DNA from: Centroscyllium fabricii
Lineage: Eukaryota
Assembly (NCBI GenBank): GCA_051313645.2
Contig: JBNRSN020000005.1
Coordinates: 160,456,001 to 160,520,000, forward strand
DNA length: 64,000 nt
Reading direction: 5' to 3'
The first letter of the stretch is position 1. Each line of letters opens with the position of its first letter. The notes under the pieces were generated by a model. That model did not search any database, had not been told where the DNA came from, and saw only the letters and a list, made by a program, of their open reading frames with translations. Shown in pieces: positions 1 to 60,576 of the stretch. A program made the position numbers and the translations under genes.

Positions 1-3000
1 GAGGTTCAATAACAGACAGGAGGTCCATGGTGAAGGGTGAAGGTCATTGAATGTGACTTACCTGCAGGCACGGACACACCAGCGAGCACAACGATGACGC
101 TGGGAACCATGCAAGCATCAGAACCAACAGAATGGAAAGTGAACAAACATCATGACGAATAACGCTGAACATAAACAATCCTCAGGGGTGAACACTTAAC
201 ATAACGGAACTGCATCTGGATGGAGGTGAGCAACGATTAAAGGTGCCAACTGGGCAAAGTTCCCACGCATCCAACATTTTCTTTTGGCAGTTGGCCCCCC
301 ACAACATATCACCCTGAGGAACATGGCGAATGAGCGATGGTGCCAGCATGCCTAGCGTCTCAGAACTCTGGGCCAACCAGGCATCTCCAGGCCCACCAAA
401 AAGCTGTTGCAACTGTGTCCAATATTTCCTCCTGGATGTTGGGATGCCCAGCCCTGAAACACCTCCAGGAAAGTTTTATGCAGAGCAAGGAAAGTCGCAG
501 AAAAAAACGGGACAGCGCTCGCATTATTTTTCGTTACATCTCACCAGGAACGCAGGATGAGCAAAAACTTGTCTTACTTGACAGTGACGAGCTCAGTCAC
601 TTGACCAACTTGGAAACGCTTGACTCCAACCACGAAGTCCGTGAGACCCCCACAGCAGAAGCAGATGGAAGCTGTGAATGTCTGGCGCAGTTGAAAAGGC
701 AGGGGCACCACGTGAGAGTGGGAGACCCTGAGGGGCAATGGAAAGCAAAGTGCAATCTCAAAACTGGACTGGCTGAACTTCTCCATTGCTCAGAATGAAT
801 ATGTGACCTTTCCAAGCTGCATGTAGCTAGGTCTGATGGGTGGGACCAAATAAATGGACTGATTGATAGGTGCTGGTCTTCACTCCAACAACCATTCATT
901 TGCCCATGGTTGTTTTATTTCCTGATTAAACCTTATATTAGAATGGGAACGTTTAATGTTTCTGTGTACATTATTGCATGTGATGCAGCTCCTTGGCCTT
1001 AAAGCAGCTTTGTAGCAGCTAAGCTCTAAACCATTGCATGTGATGGATGGAAAAATGAGCATTAGTGTACTGCGTGGTGCCTCATGGGCTTGGGAGCCTG
1101 CGCAAGCGCTGAAGGCACTCAGAGGCAATTGGGACCCCCACAAGGCCACCCCCTACACTCAGAACTTCCTGGAATACTGGGGATCATGGAGCTATGAGCT
1201 ATGGAAGCGCATGATTTTTGCCATTCAGGATGCCCAGTTAACATGGTGAGAGTAACAGAAGCTGCCTTGAGTAGGCTAAGTAAATCTTGCAAGGATGAGC
1301 TTGTTCCTTGCTTGCCGGGCAGCAATGTTCTCGCATAATGCTAGCGGTGGTTCCTGCCACGCTGGAGCAACCCCGTACTCTTCCTCATCCTCCTCCTCCT
1401 CATTATCATCATCTGAGGATGGTATGCGAGGAGCCAGGTATTGGTCAGGAATCTGCAAGCCATGACACTGTGCCATGTTGTGAAGTTGACAGCAAACCAC
1501 TACCATTTTGGAGACCCTGGCTGGGGAGTATTGCAGGGCTCCACCTGATCTGTCCAAGCATCTGAAACGCATCTTGAGCAAGCCGATGGTGTGCTCTATA
1601 ATGCATCTGGTGGAGATGTGTCTGTGGAGTTGTAGTTCTCCTCAGCCTCATTGGCTGGCCTCCTGACCGGCGTCATGAGCCAAGTCCTGAGGGGATAGCC
1701 CTTGGCTCCAAGTAGCCATCCCAGAATTTCGTCTGGCGGTGTGAAGAGCGCAGGCAAGGTTGAGTGGCGCAGAATGAAGGAGTCATGGCAACTGCCAGGG
1801 TATCTGGCACACACATGCAAAATCTCCTTCTTGTGGTCACACACCAGTTGAACATTGAGCAAATGGAAGCCCTTGCGGTTGACAAAAGCAACTGGGTTGT
1901 CGGGGGTGCCCTAAGGGCCACATGTGAGCAGTCAATGATACCCTGCACCCTTGGGAAGCCTGCCAGACGAGCTATTCCAATCACTCGCCCCCTCACACTT
2001 GCGCGATCCCTGGTGAAATGGATGAAATTGTGGGCGAGGGCAAAGAGGGCATTGGTTACCTGCATGATGCAAGTGTGTGCGGCCGACTGGGAAATTCCGC
2101 TGATGTCTGCTGCTGATCCCTGGAATGAGCCCGAGGCAAAAAAGTTGAGTGCGGTGGTGACTTTGAGGGTCACTGGTAAGGCATGTCTACCTGGTGTTCT
2201 GGGCTCCAGCTCTTGTTGCAGCATGGTGCAGATGTCTGTGACTGCCTCTCGGGAAAGTCGGAGCCACCTTTGGCACCGCCGCTCACTCATGTTGAGGTAG
2301 GTGGTCCTGACTCTGTAAACCCTGTTTGGGGGGTATCTTCTACGGTGACGGCCTTCCATGCGCTGATGCCTTCTGGCCCGTGCTGCCTCCGGAGGGTCCG
2401 CAGGAGCGTTTGGCTCCTGGTGTGGCTGCTGCTGCTGATGTGGCTCCTGGTGTGGCTGCTGCTGTTGCTGCTGCTGCTGTCGTCGCAACTGCTGCTGCTG
2501 GAGATCCTGTAATCCCATGAAGGGAAGGAAGAAAATGGCTCCCATGGCTGTGCTGGCAGCCTCGGCTGAGGAAGCACTGATTGAGGGGGGGGGGGGGGAA
2601 GTCAGAGGGCTTTCCCAGGTCACACTGCAGAAGTGTTTGAGGATGCAACCTTCCACAGGTGTGCTGAAGCCTGTTGCAAGTATCCCCAGAGCTGACACAA
2701 CAATGTCGGTGCGAATGCCAATGATGGCTGATTAAATGTGAGCCTTCAATGAGGGACCGGCCACAGATACTCAGCAATCCGAGTGTGTTCCCGCTAGGTT
2801 TCACCGAACGGGGTTTAGGGTGGCGGCGTTTGGGTGGGAAACAGCTGAGAATTGCTAAGGGCCCTTAAAATGGCATTACACATGCCAATTAAGGGCCCTT
2901 AACGACCTTAACAGCCATCACCGTCAGCCGCCAGCGGGAAAGATTCGGGGCGGGGAAACAGACCAGCCGAAAATCCAAAACCGGCGGGGAATCGGCGGCC

Positions 3001-3082
3001 TTGGGCGGGAACCAAAATGTTCCTATTTTCAGCTCACAGCTGCCCAAAGCCCTGCCTGACGGCGAGATGAAATTTCCCCCCC
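1..3082 (-). mobile_element. PIF/Harbinger DNA transposon (decayed; other end probably lies before the window start)
   Basis: Contains a HARBI1-like transposase pseudogene; G-rich terminus GGGGGGGAAATTTC on the - strand ending at 3082. Extent to the left of ~1200 is inferred. Confidence 0.75.
1276..2545 (-). pseudogene. Harbinger (HARBI1-like, DDE_Tnp_4) transposase, frameshifted
   Basis: Three successive frames: LNFFASGSFQ...GFPRVQGIIDCSHVAL; NVQLVCDH...[13 protein letters not shown]...LLGAKGYPL (conserved D of GDxGY replaced by A); LKMRFRCLDRSGGALQY...CCQLHN. Frameshifts near ~1905 and ~1620. Confidence 0.92.
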
Positions 3083-3430
3083 AATGTTTCAGGTCGATGA
3101 CCTTTCTTCAGAACTGGAGAAACCAGGAGAGGGGATAGATTTGAAAGCTGGTAGGGGCTGGGGAAAGGGGGAAGGCTGAAAGAACAAAGGGAAGGTTAGC
3201 GACAGGATAGAAGGCGGGGGAGATTAAGAGAAATTGAGAGACATTAAGAGAAATTCAAGGAACACAGGATGGCTCTGGATGAGGTGTGAACGGCTCTGGC
3301 AGAGAGACGAAAAAAGAAAAAAGACAAAAGAAAAGAGCTCAGACGTAAGTGTGGATTGAAAAAAGAGAGAAAATACAGGTATATATATACAAATGTGATG
3401 GGGCCAAGGTTATAATCTAAAATTGTTGAA
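3083..3430 (-). mobile_element. Penelope-like retroelement 3' fragment with hammerhead-like core
   Basis: Minus strand reads agttCTGAAGAaaggtcatcgacctGAAacatt; adjoining purine-rich tract; a related degenerate copy at ~3885-3980. Confidence 0.5.
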
Positions 3431-3436
3431 CTCTAT

Positions 3437-3850
3437 GGGGGTAATTTTTGCGGGTCCATGAGGGTGGCTTTCTGGCGGGGCCGGGCATAAAATCGCGAAA
3501 CCGGGGGGGGGTCCTGACCCACCCCCCCGCCAGATCGCCGCCAGCTTGTAAGTTTCGGGTGGCGCGTCCTGCTGTCCCGAATCTTTCCCCCCGGGGATGC
3601 TCGTTCAGGTAATTGAGGGCCTTTAATTGGACTAGATAATCCCATTTTAAGGGCCCTCACCTATTTTAAACCCTTTCCTACCCAAACCCCGCCATCCTGA
3701 AACCCCGCTGGTGAAAGCTAGCGGGAGCACAGTGGCCTTGGTCACTTTCACCTTCAAGGCATTGAAGGACCTAGAGCAGAATGCTTTCCAGGCCTTCAAC
3801 ACCCTGGAGGTGTAAGTGACTCCCTTTTCTGAGGGCCATCTGTGTAGAAA
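3437..3850 (+). mobile_element. Harbinger-related terminal fragment/MITE
   Basis: Starts GGGGGTAATTTT; 3610-3660 (agggcctttaattgg...ccattttaagggccct) matches the reverse complement of 2855-2900 in the neighbouring Harbinger. A similar terminus starts at 4242. Confidence 0.6.
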
Positions 3851-4377
3851 AACCTTGAAAAAGTAATCTTGACAGATGAAATAACAACAGAAAATGCTGG
3901 AAAAACTCAGCAGGCCAGGCCGCATCCGTGGAGAGAGAAATTGAATTAACGTTTCGGGTTCTGGACCCTTTATCCGAACTTGACAGATGGATTGAGAGAC
4001 GGTCCCGAACTGTTAAAGATTTCCAGCACGTACTTCACCTGTCAGTCAAACCACTTGGGCTTTGCGATTGGTTGCACTCCATTGTGATGTCACAATGGAG
4101 TGTTTCCATGGCAACTGACAACAGACAGTCCCTACAACTGTCAGTCAAAGTCCTCGCTCCCAGCTGAAGCGCGTTGATTGCCGACTTGAGTCAGGCAATT
4201 GGAAGGGGCTCCCTGCTACGGGGAATTAATTGATCAATTTAGGGGAAATTTCGTGGGGCTTCCAGGCCCTTGGGCGGGCGGGCCAGAAACCCGCCCGACC
4301 AAAACCCGCCAAGTTCCCGCACATTCGAGAACATCCCTCCCCTTGGTTTAGTCCAGAGGGCTGTAGAGTGCCTAAGT

Positions 4378-4611
4378 TAGTTATCCCCGGTGTCCTGGCC
4401 AATATTTCTCCCTCAACCAACGCAATAAAAACAGATTATCTGGTCATTTTCACATTGCTGTTTGTGGGAGCTTGCTGTGTACACATTGGCTGTCGTGTTT
4501 CCCACATTACAACAGTGACTCCACTTCAAAAGTACTTCATTGGCTGTAAAGTGCTTTGAGATGTCTGGTGATTGTGAAAGGTGCTATATAAATGCAAGTC
4601 TTTCTTTCTTT
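4378..4611 (+). mobile_element. DeuSINE (SacSINE1-like) 3' half
   Basis: Aligns by eye with 6175-6400 and 57835-58060; tail aaggtgctatataaatgcaag(tctt)n. Confidence 0.85.
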
Positions 4612-5449
4612 GAAAGCATAATTAACTTCAGAAAGAGAAAACTAAAGGTTTAATTAGTATTTAAGGGAATTTGTCTGGGTTCACACAAATAACTAAAACT
4701 ATTCTACTGAATTCCAGTTAATTAGTACCTTTTGTAAGACAGTTATACTGCACAAGTGATTTTGGTATTGCATCAATATAAATTATGTGGTCTAATTCTG
4801 GTCATAGATGTTATCTAAACCAAAATCAGGCAAGTGGTATGAGACTATCTAAATAAGGTAGATTCACAATTGTTTTGATATATACAGTATGGGAGCAACA
4901 AATGGAAAGCAAACGTTGAAAAGTTCCCATGTATCAAAATAGCAAACTAGAAGCTTTTTTACAGTTCATTTTTCACCTTTCATATGTCAGGAGGGAGTCA
5001 ATGGTCCCTTTGAAAATTGAATTGAGATTAGGATGCTGGTGAGTACAGCTTTGTGCCCCGATCTATGCAGGTGCCCACAGAACTCTCCAAAGCTGAGACA
5101 GCAACATAACACTGGACTGCCAACTTTTCATCACTCTAAGCAGGTAACACTCTCAAACCAGAACCTGTAGCTTAACAGAGTCCTGAATTGCATTATTTTA
5201 TGATGCTTGCTTGAGTTGCAAATATTCATTCATATCTTGTGCTATAATGTGCAGTGTGGCTACTACAGTATTATTAATGGTACAAACTTTCCTAGCTTAC
5301 ATGTACAAAGTGGCCTCCGCAGTTTCCTCTCACATATTTTTCCCCACAGTGGCTAGAAGTTATCAATATATTATGCAGCATATTTTATTAGAATATTATG
5401 TATAACAATGTAATGTAAATTCTGTTTACATTCCCCCCGATTTTCAGCC

Positions 5450-5797
5450 CATCCTCTCTGGGATAGTAGTGAGGAGTATAGTTCCACACGTCACCTTGTT
5501 GAAGTGGTGTGAACTTAGGTATTGAGTGTCAATAAGCTAGTCCCATGCAAGGCATCACAACCATGTCCAGTCCTGTTTTCACTTGATGTCACTGCATGAT
5601 TATCATGAGTAGAAACACTGGCCGATATTTTTTCACTCTCTGGTCCCAGGACATTGAAGCCAATTTAAATTCCCCCATCATTTCCTGTCAGTGTTGAGAT
5701 CAATTAACTCAGGATCGAACCTGTGACCTTTTTGTTCTAATTGCCTCATGTTACCACACCATGTGGTGCATTTACCTGCTGGGCCATCAGGGCAGCT
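5450..5797 (-). mobile_element. Old tRNA-derived SINE (unnamed family), degenerate
   Basis: Minus-strand head with A-box-like tggcccagcagg and B-box ggttcgatcc; related decayed copies at ~26230-26610(-), ~40095-40490(+), ~47130-48140(-). Confidence 0.55.
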
Positions 5798-5979
5798 ACA
5801 AAATACGTTGTTTAAGCTCATTCGTGAGAAACCTAAAATATTAGGTATTGAGTGAGTGAAGAAATACAAGTGGAAATAAAAATCATACTTTCATAATGAC
5901 TATCTCAGATCTGAAAATATTTGTCTTAGCTCACTGATTATGATCTTTATATGACGTGCGTCAAATAGATTTTGTATAC

Positions 5980-6401
5980 AGAAAGTAGTGGGTTCAAGTC
6001 CCACTCCAGAGACTTGAGCACAAAAATCTATCTGACACTCCCAATGGAATACTGAGGGAGCGCTGGACTGTTGGAGGTGCTGTGTTTCAGATGAGACGTT
6101 AAACCGAGGTCCCATCTGCTCTCTCAAGTGGACGTAAAAGATTGCAGGACACTATTTTGAAGAAGAGCAGGGGAGTTATCCCCAGTGTCCTGGCCAATTT
6201 GATCCCTCAATCAACATCATTAAAACAGATTATCTGGTCATTATTACATTACTGTTTGTGGGAGCTTGCTGTGCGCAATTGGCTGCCGCGTTTTGTACAT
6301 TACAATAGTGACTACACTTCAAAAGTACTTCATTGGCTGTAAAACACCTTGGGATGTCCGGTGGTCATGAAAGGCACTGTATAAATGCAAGTCTTTCTTT
6401 C
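5980..6401 (+). mobile_element. DeuSINE (SacSINE1-like), slightly 5'-truncated
   Basis: B-box ggttcaagtcc, central conserved body, L2-type tail; highly similar to 57597-58060. Confidence 0.88.
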
Positions 6402-6497
6402 GACAGCTTTATATTTTTTGGTATTAAAAATGTGGAAATATACAAAAAAAGGATCCACACGTACACCATACCAATGGTATGAGGTACATACATTATA

Positions 6498-7044
6498 GCC
6501 CCGATATTAACCAGAAGTGGGAGTCAGGCGGGTGTGGGTGATTTTAACTCCCGGCTTCATCTACATTGTGCCAGTAAGTTGCCCACCTGTAACTGGCAGC
6601 TGGCTGATGGGCGGAAGCGGAGTTTCAGGCGGCAGGAGGCCAGGACCAAAAGAACAGTTACTGGCAACGAGGTAAGTCACGGGGAGGGGGGTTTCGGGAG
6701 GGTCTCACAGGTGGAAGGGGAGGAGCTTGGCTCTTCCAGGACCCACCAGAAATGTTTTGTAAAAGTACCTGTCTGGACCGCTCCTGATCCTGTTCCCGCT
6801 GGCGGAAGATCCACAACAGCTTTCCCCACTCGGGCTACAGTTGAATTTGCAGTTGGGGCCCGATGACGTCCTATTTAAAGAAGGACCCTGCCAGCTTCAT
6901 GTGGGCATCCTCAACACCTGTTCAGAAAAGCATGGTTAAAATTGAAGATGGTGGGATCGGTGCAGGACATCGGCTGGTAAGCTGACTAATTTTAATTGCC
7001 CGCTTGCCCGGTTTACGCTGGGTAGGTAGGTTTAAAATCGTCCC
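6498..7044. mobile_element. Probable Harbinger-type MITE
   Basis: GC-rich island in AT-rich DNA with imperfect terminal inverted repeats gccccgatattaa / ttaaaatcgtccc followed by TTA. Confidence 0.45.
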
Positions 7045-7199
7045 TTATGCATTAAATGTACTTATATATTTTTGCATACACTACAAATTCTTATTTCATT
7101 ACAACATCTTTCATTTAAGTGGTGCATTATTCTATCATAATGTCCCAATACACGCCACAAAGCAAGGGGGTGTTGGATATCGAGCAGAAGTTGGGGACG

Positions 7200-7910
7200 A
7201 TAGAAGATGAGCTCAAAGAGATAGGTTTTGAGAAGGTTTTTGAGGATAGGTTTGGGAAGGGAGTTCCAGAGTGCAGGGTATGATGGTTCAGCCACTGATG
7301 GTGCAGTGGAGGGAGGCGGGACACAACGTGCAAATTGGAAGAGCAGTGGGTGAAAAGTGGGATGTAGGGCTGGAGGATATTACGGAGGTAGGGTGAAGCA
7401 AGGCCATGGAGAAATTTGATGATTATGATGACAATTTTGAGGTGATGGGTGAGCAGGAATTAGTACAGGATCAGGTATGGGTGGCGGAATTCTCAGTTGA
7501 GTTGGAGTTTGTGTAAGGTGGTCTTGGGGAGGCCAGCCTTGATAGTATGGGAGAGGTATACCTGAGAGTGACAACCACAGATCAGCATTTCAGCAGCAGT
7601 GGGATTGACATAGACACAGGGGTGGCTGATGTTGGAGAGGTGAAATAGGCACTTTTGGTGGTAGAGTTCAGCGACAGTGGAGTTGAAGCTCACCTCTGGG
7701 CCAAACCGGACATTATGATTACTCACCATTTGGTTAAACCTAAACAAACAGCTGGGAAGGGGTACAGAATTGGGGCCAAACAGAAAGGATTTGGTCTCAT
7801 TCACCTGTGACTTAATGTCAGTCTGTCAATTAGATGACACAGTGGCAGTCATAGAGCTGAGTATGGTAGCATGAGGTAAAGCTGGTGTCATCAGCATATG
7901 TATGGAATGT
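7200..7910 (-). mobile_element. Old L2 LINE RT/3' fragment
   Basis: Minus strand shows a YADDT-like motif (~7880-7900) and LLKTYLF near its 3' end; homologous to 26700-27380. Confidence 0.6.
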
Positions 7911-8249
7911 GAACCTCAACTTATATTTTTTATCATAAAAAATCTGGTATTTCTATACTAGCACATATCTGATACTGCATACTGCCAGCCAACATGACTC
8001 TTATCTGTAACACCTCCATCTCCTAGCTAATTTTCAAACTTCAATCCATAACAGTTTAACCAGAATATTGTACCACCACAATGATAGCCAGCAGGTGAAG
8101 TGTTCAAGCTTCACTGTTATGAAACAACTTACATAGCTGTCCTCATGTAGAAAAACATCTCAGAGGGCTTTCAAAGGGGACACTGAGCAGCAAGTGAAGG
8201 AACTTCAGGAATGTGAGCACCGCCAAGAAATAAATTTCTCAGGGTCATA

Positions 8250-8815
8250 ACGTAGGAAATGTGGCAGCCAATTGAGGGCCACTTTGGCCAGGCCCAGGAA
8301 CAGTCCCACGAGGAGGTCACCCGACCTGCCCGCTCCCCTCCGCACCGGGTGACCAAAGATCAGGAGCATGGGACTGGAGTGATGCCAAAAATCGAGGAGC
8401 AGCCCCTTCAAATAATAGAAGAGGGGCTGCAACCTCTCACACTCTACATAGATGTGGAATAGGGACTCCTCCAGGCCGCAGAAAAGGCAGGCGGCCTGGG
8501 AATCCGTGACCCGACGTAATAATTTATTGGACGGGACTGCTCCGTGCAACACCCTCCAGGCCAAGTCCCCAATAGATAAAGGGAGGATTCCCACGTAGAG
8601 AGCCCTCCATTGGGGACCCCCGCCTCCTCCGGCCAGCAAGATGGTGCACCAAGGCGTGTCCGGACGGCAGACGAGGATGGCAAAATGGAAGGTGTGCAAA
8701 GCAGCCCATACAGGAAACCCCTCCGCTCAGAGTGAAAAGGCATGAAGGGGATTTCCCCGAGACGGCTCAGGTTGTGAGGCGTCGGTTCAGGAGAGGGGTT
8801 TCGGGTCCTGGCGCA
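8250..8815 (-). mobile_element. Tx1/L1-clade LINE ORF2 C-terminal fragment (zf-RVT)
   Basis: GDLAWRVLHGAV...ACLFCGLEESLFHIYVECERLQPLF: CxxC-x7-H-xxxx-C zinc knuckle of L1/Tx1 ORF2. Confidence 0.85.
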
Positions 8816-8879
8816 GGAATGTTGCTGAAGTCAGAGCCAGAGGCATGTGAATCCTTTGCAAACTAAATAGGCTGGGTTC

Positions 8880-9240
8880 AGTTCTGCTGTTATTGAGCTG
8901 GAGAAACTCTCAATTCATCCATGGCCAGCAGTTAAGAGAATAAAGCAACAACTCAATGGTGGTGGCGGAGAGATAGAGTTGCACATCATCATTATACATG
9001 TGGGTGCTGCTCCCGTGTTTGTGGATGATGTCACTCAGGAGCAGGTGGCATCTAGATGATGAACAGGAAGGGAACAACCATGGAGCCCTGGGGCACACTG
9101 GAGGTGACCATGCAGGCAGAGGAAGAGAAACCTTGAGGAAATGTCACAACTGTATTGGGATAGGAAGTAATGGTTATCTTTTATGATATTATCTAAACCA
9201 ATTTGAGGAATTACTGTCCTGTAATCACTTCCAGCTATCA
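8880..9240 (-). mobile_element. Degenerate L2 LINE RT fragment
   Basis: MYNDDVQLYLS (decayed YADDTQLY) in the minus ORF 8910-9098. Confidence 0.5.
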
Positions 9241-9339
9241 CTCATGCTCTCTATATTAAAAAAAAGCTCCTTTCCTTTATTTTTCCAAGGGCTCAGTGTT
9301 TTTAAAAAATTTTAAATTGAACATTTCACAAAAAAAAAG

Positions 9340-9460
9340 CACCTTTCACGATGACAGGACGTCACAAAGCACTTTACAGCCAATGAAGTACTTTTGAAGT
9401 GTAGTCACTGTTGTAATGTAGGAAACACAGCAGCCAATTTGCGCACAGCAAGCTCCCACG
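9340..9460 (-). mobile_element. DeuSINE 3' fragment
   Basis: Reverse complement of gtgggagcttgctgtgcgcaaattggctg...aaagtacttcattggctgtaaag. Confidence 0.8.
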
Positions 9461-9850
9461 ATTAACTAGTTTATTTTCTAGCAATCTACTGCTGAAAAAA
9501 CTCAGTATATCTACAGATGCCTCATTACTGTTAGCTTTACAACACTCTCGCACACGTTATGTTGCATCTACAGTGTAATAGAAAGTCTCTTTAAAAAAAA
9601 CTTCAATTTAAACTGCATATAAAAAACAACTAAGTTGAGTTCAAGTCAATAAATCATTGGTAGAGGTCTACTGATGTTCATAAAGTACATGAGCAGCTGA
9701 GCAGGATTGATTTCCAGCCTTACAATTTGCAATCTGAAAATATTTATGTTTTAATAAGATACACTGATATTATGCAATTAATCTGAAATCAACTATGTTA
9801 CTTCAACATTTCAGACAGTGATGCAGAAAAGATTCATTCATCAAGATTTA

Positions 9851-10010
9851 AATTGTAAGAAGTCACACAACACCAGGTTATAGTCCAACACCTGAGGAAG
9901 AAGCAGCGCTCTGAAAGCTTGTGATTTAAAATAAAACTGTTGGACTATAACCTGGTGTTGTGTGACTTCTTACAATTGTCCACCCCAGTCCAACACCGGC
10001 ACCTCCACAT
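9851..10010. mobile_element. Penelope-derived fold-back insertion (inverted pseudo-LTR) with 17-bp flanking direct repeat
   Basis: 40-bp inverted arms 9851-9890 / 9938-9977; catcaagatttaaattg repeated at 9839-9855 and 10008-10024; same family at 15185-15269 and 16608-16682. Confidence 0.75.
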
Positions 10011-11401
10011 CAAGATTTAAATTGGCAGTTCCCTTGTAAATCGTGACTCTGACCAGATCTGTTCAAAACGTGAGCAGCAACAGGTACGTGAACAAGGTGC
10101 AATAATTTAGATAATTGACGATTATAATTGATTTGCTCGATAACTTTCAGTTTAGCAAACCCGAATTGTCTCTGACACGACCTCCAATAAGAAGCGAAAA
10201 GGGAAACAGTCACAGCCGTATTTATCAATAATGTTGATTGGGCCCAATAAGCTTTTTAACTACTTCACACAGATTAGATTCACCAGCGAGTTGACTCCAG
10301 CATTTGTTAGACAAAGAGGCCCTCGTCAAGTACTACATGGTTGCACTGTTGTTAACCATTCTGAGCAAGACTTATGCCGGGATGATAGGTAAATTGCATG
10401 ATTGATATCCCTAAAAGCACCTACAACTTTTTTCTCCCTCTTGCAAAATATTTAGACTTCGCCTGTCGTGAACTTGGAAGGTAGTGAGTGCAACGCAATA
10501 AACTCTTCTTGCTTTCAGTCTGCACGCTGCTTTCTGACACAGCGACAAACAGCAGCCACATGGGCGAGAGGAGACGCCTACAGGTGCAACACGAGGAACG
10601 CAGCAACTCGATTCCTTTTTGTGTGCAGAAGGCGTGCAACAACACTGGACAACAAATCACTTTCATTTCACTGTCTTTAACATTTAAAAAAATCATAAGC
10701 TTCTGCAACAACAAATCATAAGCTTCTGCAGCAACATTAAGGCTGCAGAAACAATGAGTCGATTTTATTGTGGGAGCAGCAGTAATTCATACATAATGTG
10801 TGTGTGTATATATATATATATGCATTTCCCATGTGTATTTGTCGAAGCCTCTTTTTAAAAGTCCCCCCGCACTCCCAACCACCACACTTTTGTTTGGTGT
10901 GTTCACGCTTAAATCCCCCATCTGTGGCACAATTTTTATGTCTGTTGCCATTCCAATAAACCAACTTTTTTCTCTCTCAAAAAGACTGGCCTGGAAAAAA
11001 AAGTGGGCGTTGAATGTGCCCCTGTCCAAGCCCACTAATGAATATTAATGAACGCAGACGTCTGTCTCTCCTTGTCTAGATGAAGCAGTCACTATCAGTA
11101 GACGGGTGTTTTTTTTGTATGAGTGTGTGGGGGGGGGAGGTTTGTTGTGTGATCGAGGAGATTTTTTTTGGGGTGGGGGGAGGGAGGAGGGGGAGACGAG
11201 TCGCTCTTGGAAAATAAAAGGAGAATAATAAAAAAAGAGGAGGCTTTTTTTTTTGCATTGATGATTAGCTTTCTTTTCAAAATTTTTTTTTTTATATAGC
11301 GAGTGTCTTCTCCAGTCGTGCATGCGAGAATCGGTGGACTATATTGCTGTGCGGCGGCCCGCTCCACCCTCAGTTCATCCAAATACAGGCAAGGCGAAGC
11401 C

Positions 11402-60576
<49,175 letters not shown>

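Noticed and set aside
1-800. Possible Myb/SANT partner gene of the Harbinger on the + strand (ORF 337-798)
   Set aside because: Position is compatible with a convergent second gene, but I see no recognisable trihelix/SANT motif, so no CDS is called.
11303-11401. In-frame GTG-initiated N-terminal extension of Jag1
   Set aside because: ATG 11402 has a strong Kozak context and directly precedes a signal peptide; there is no support for the GTG start.
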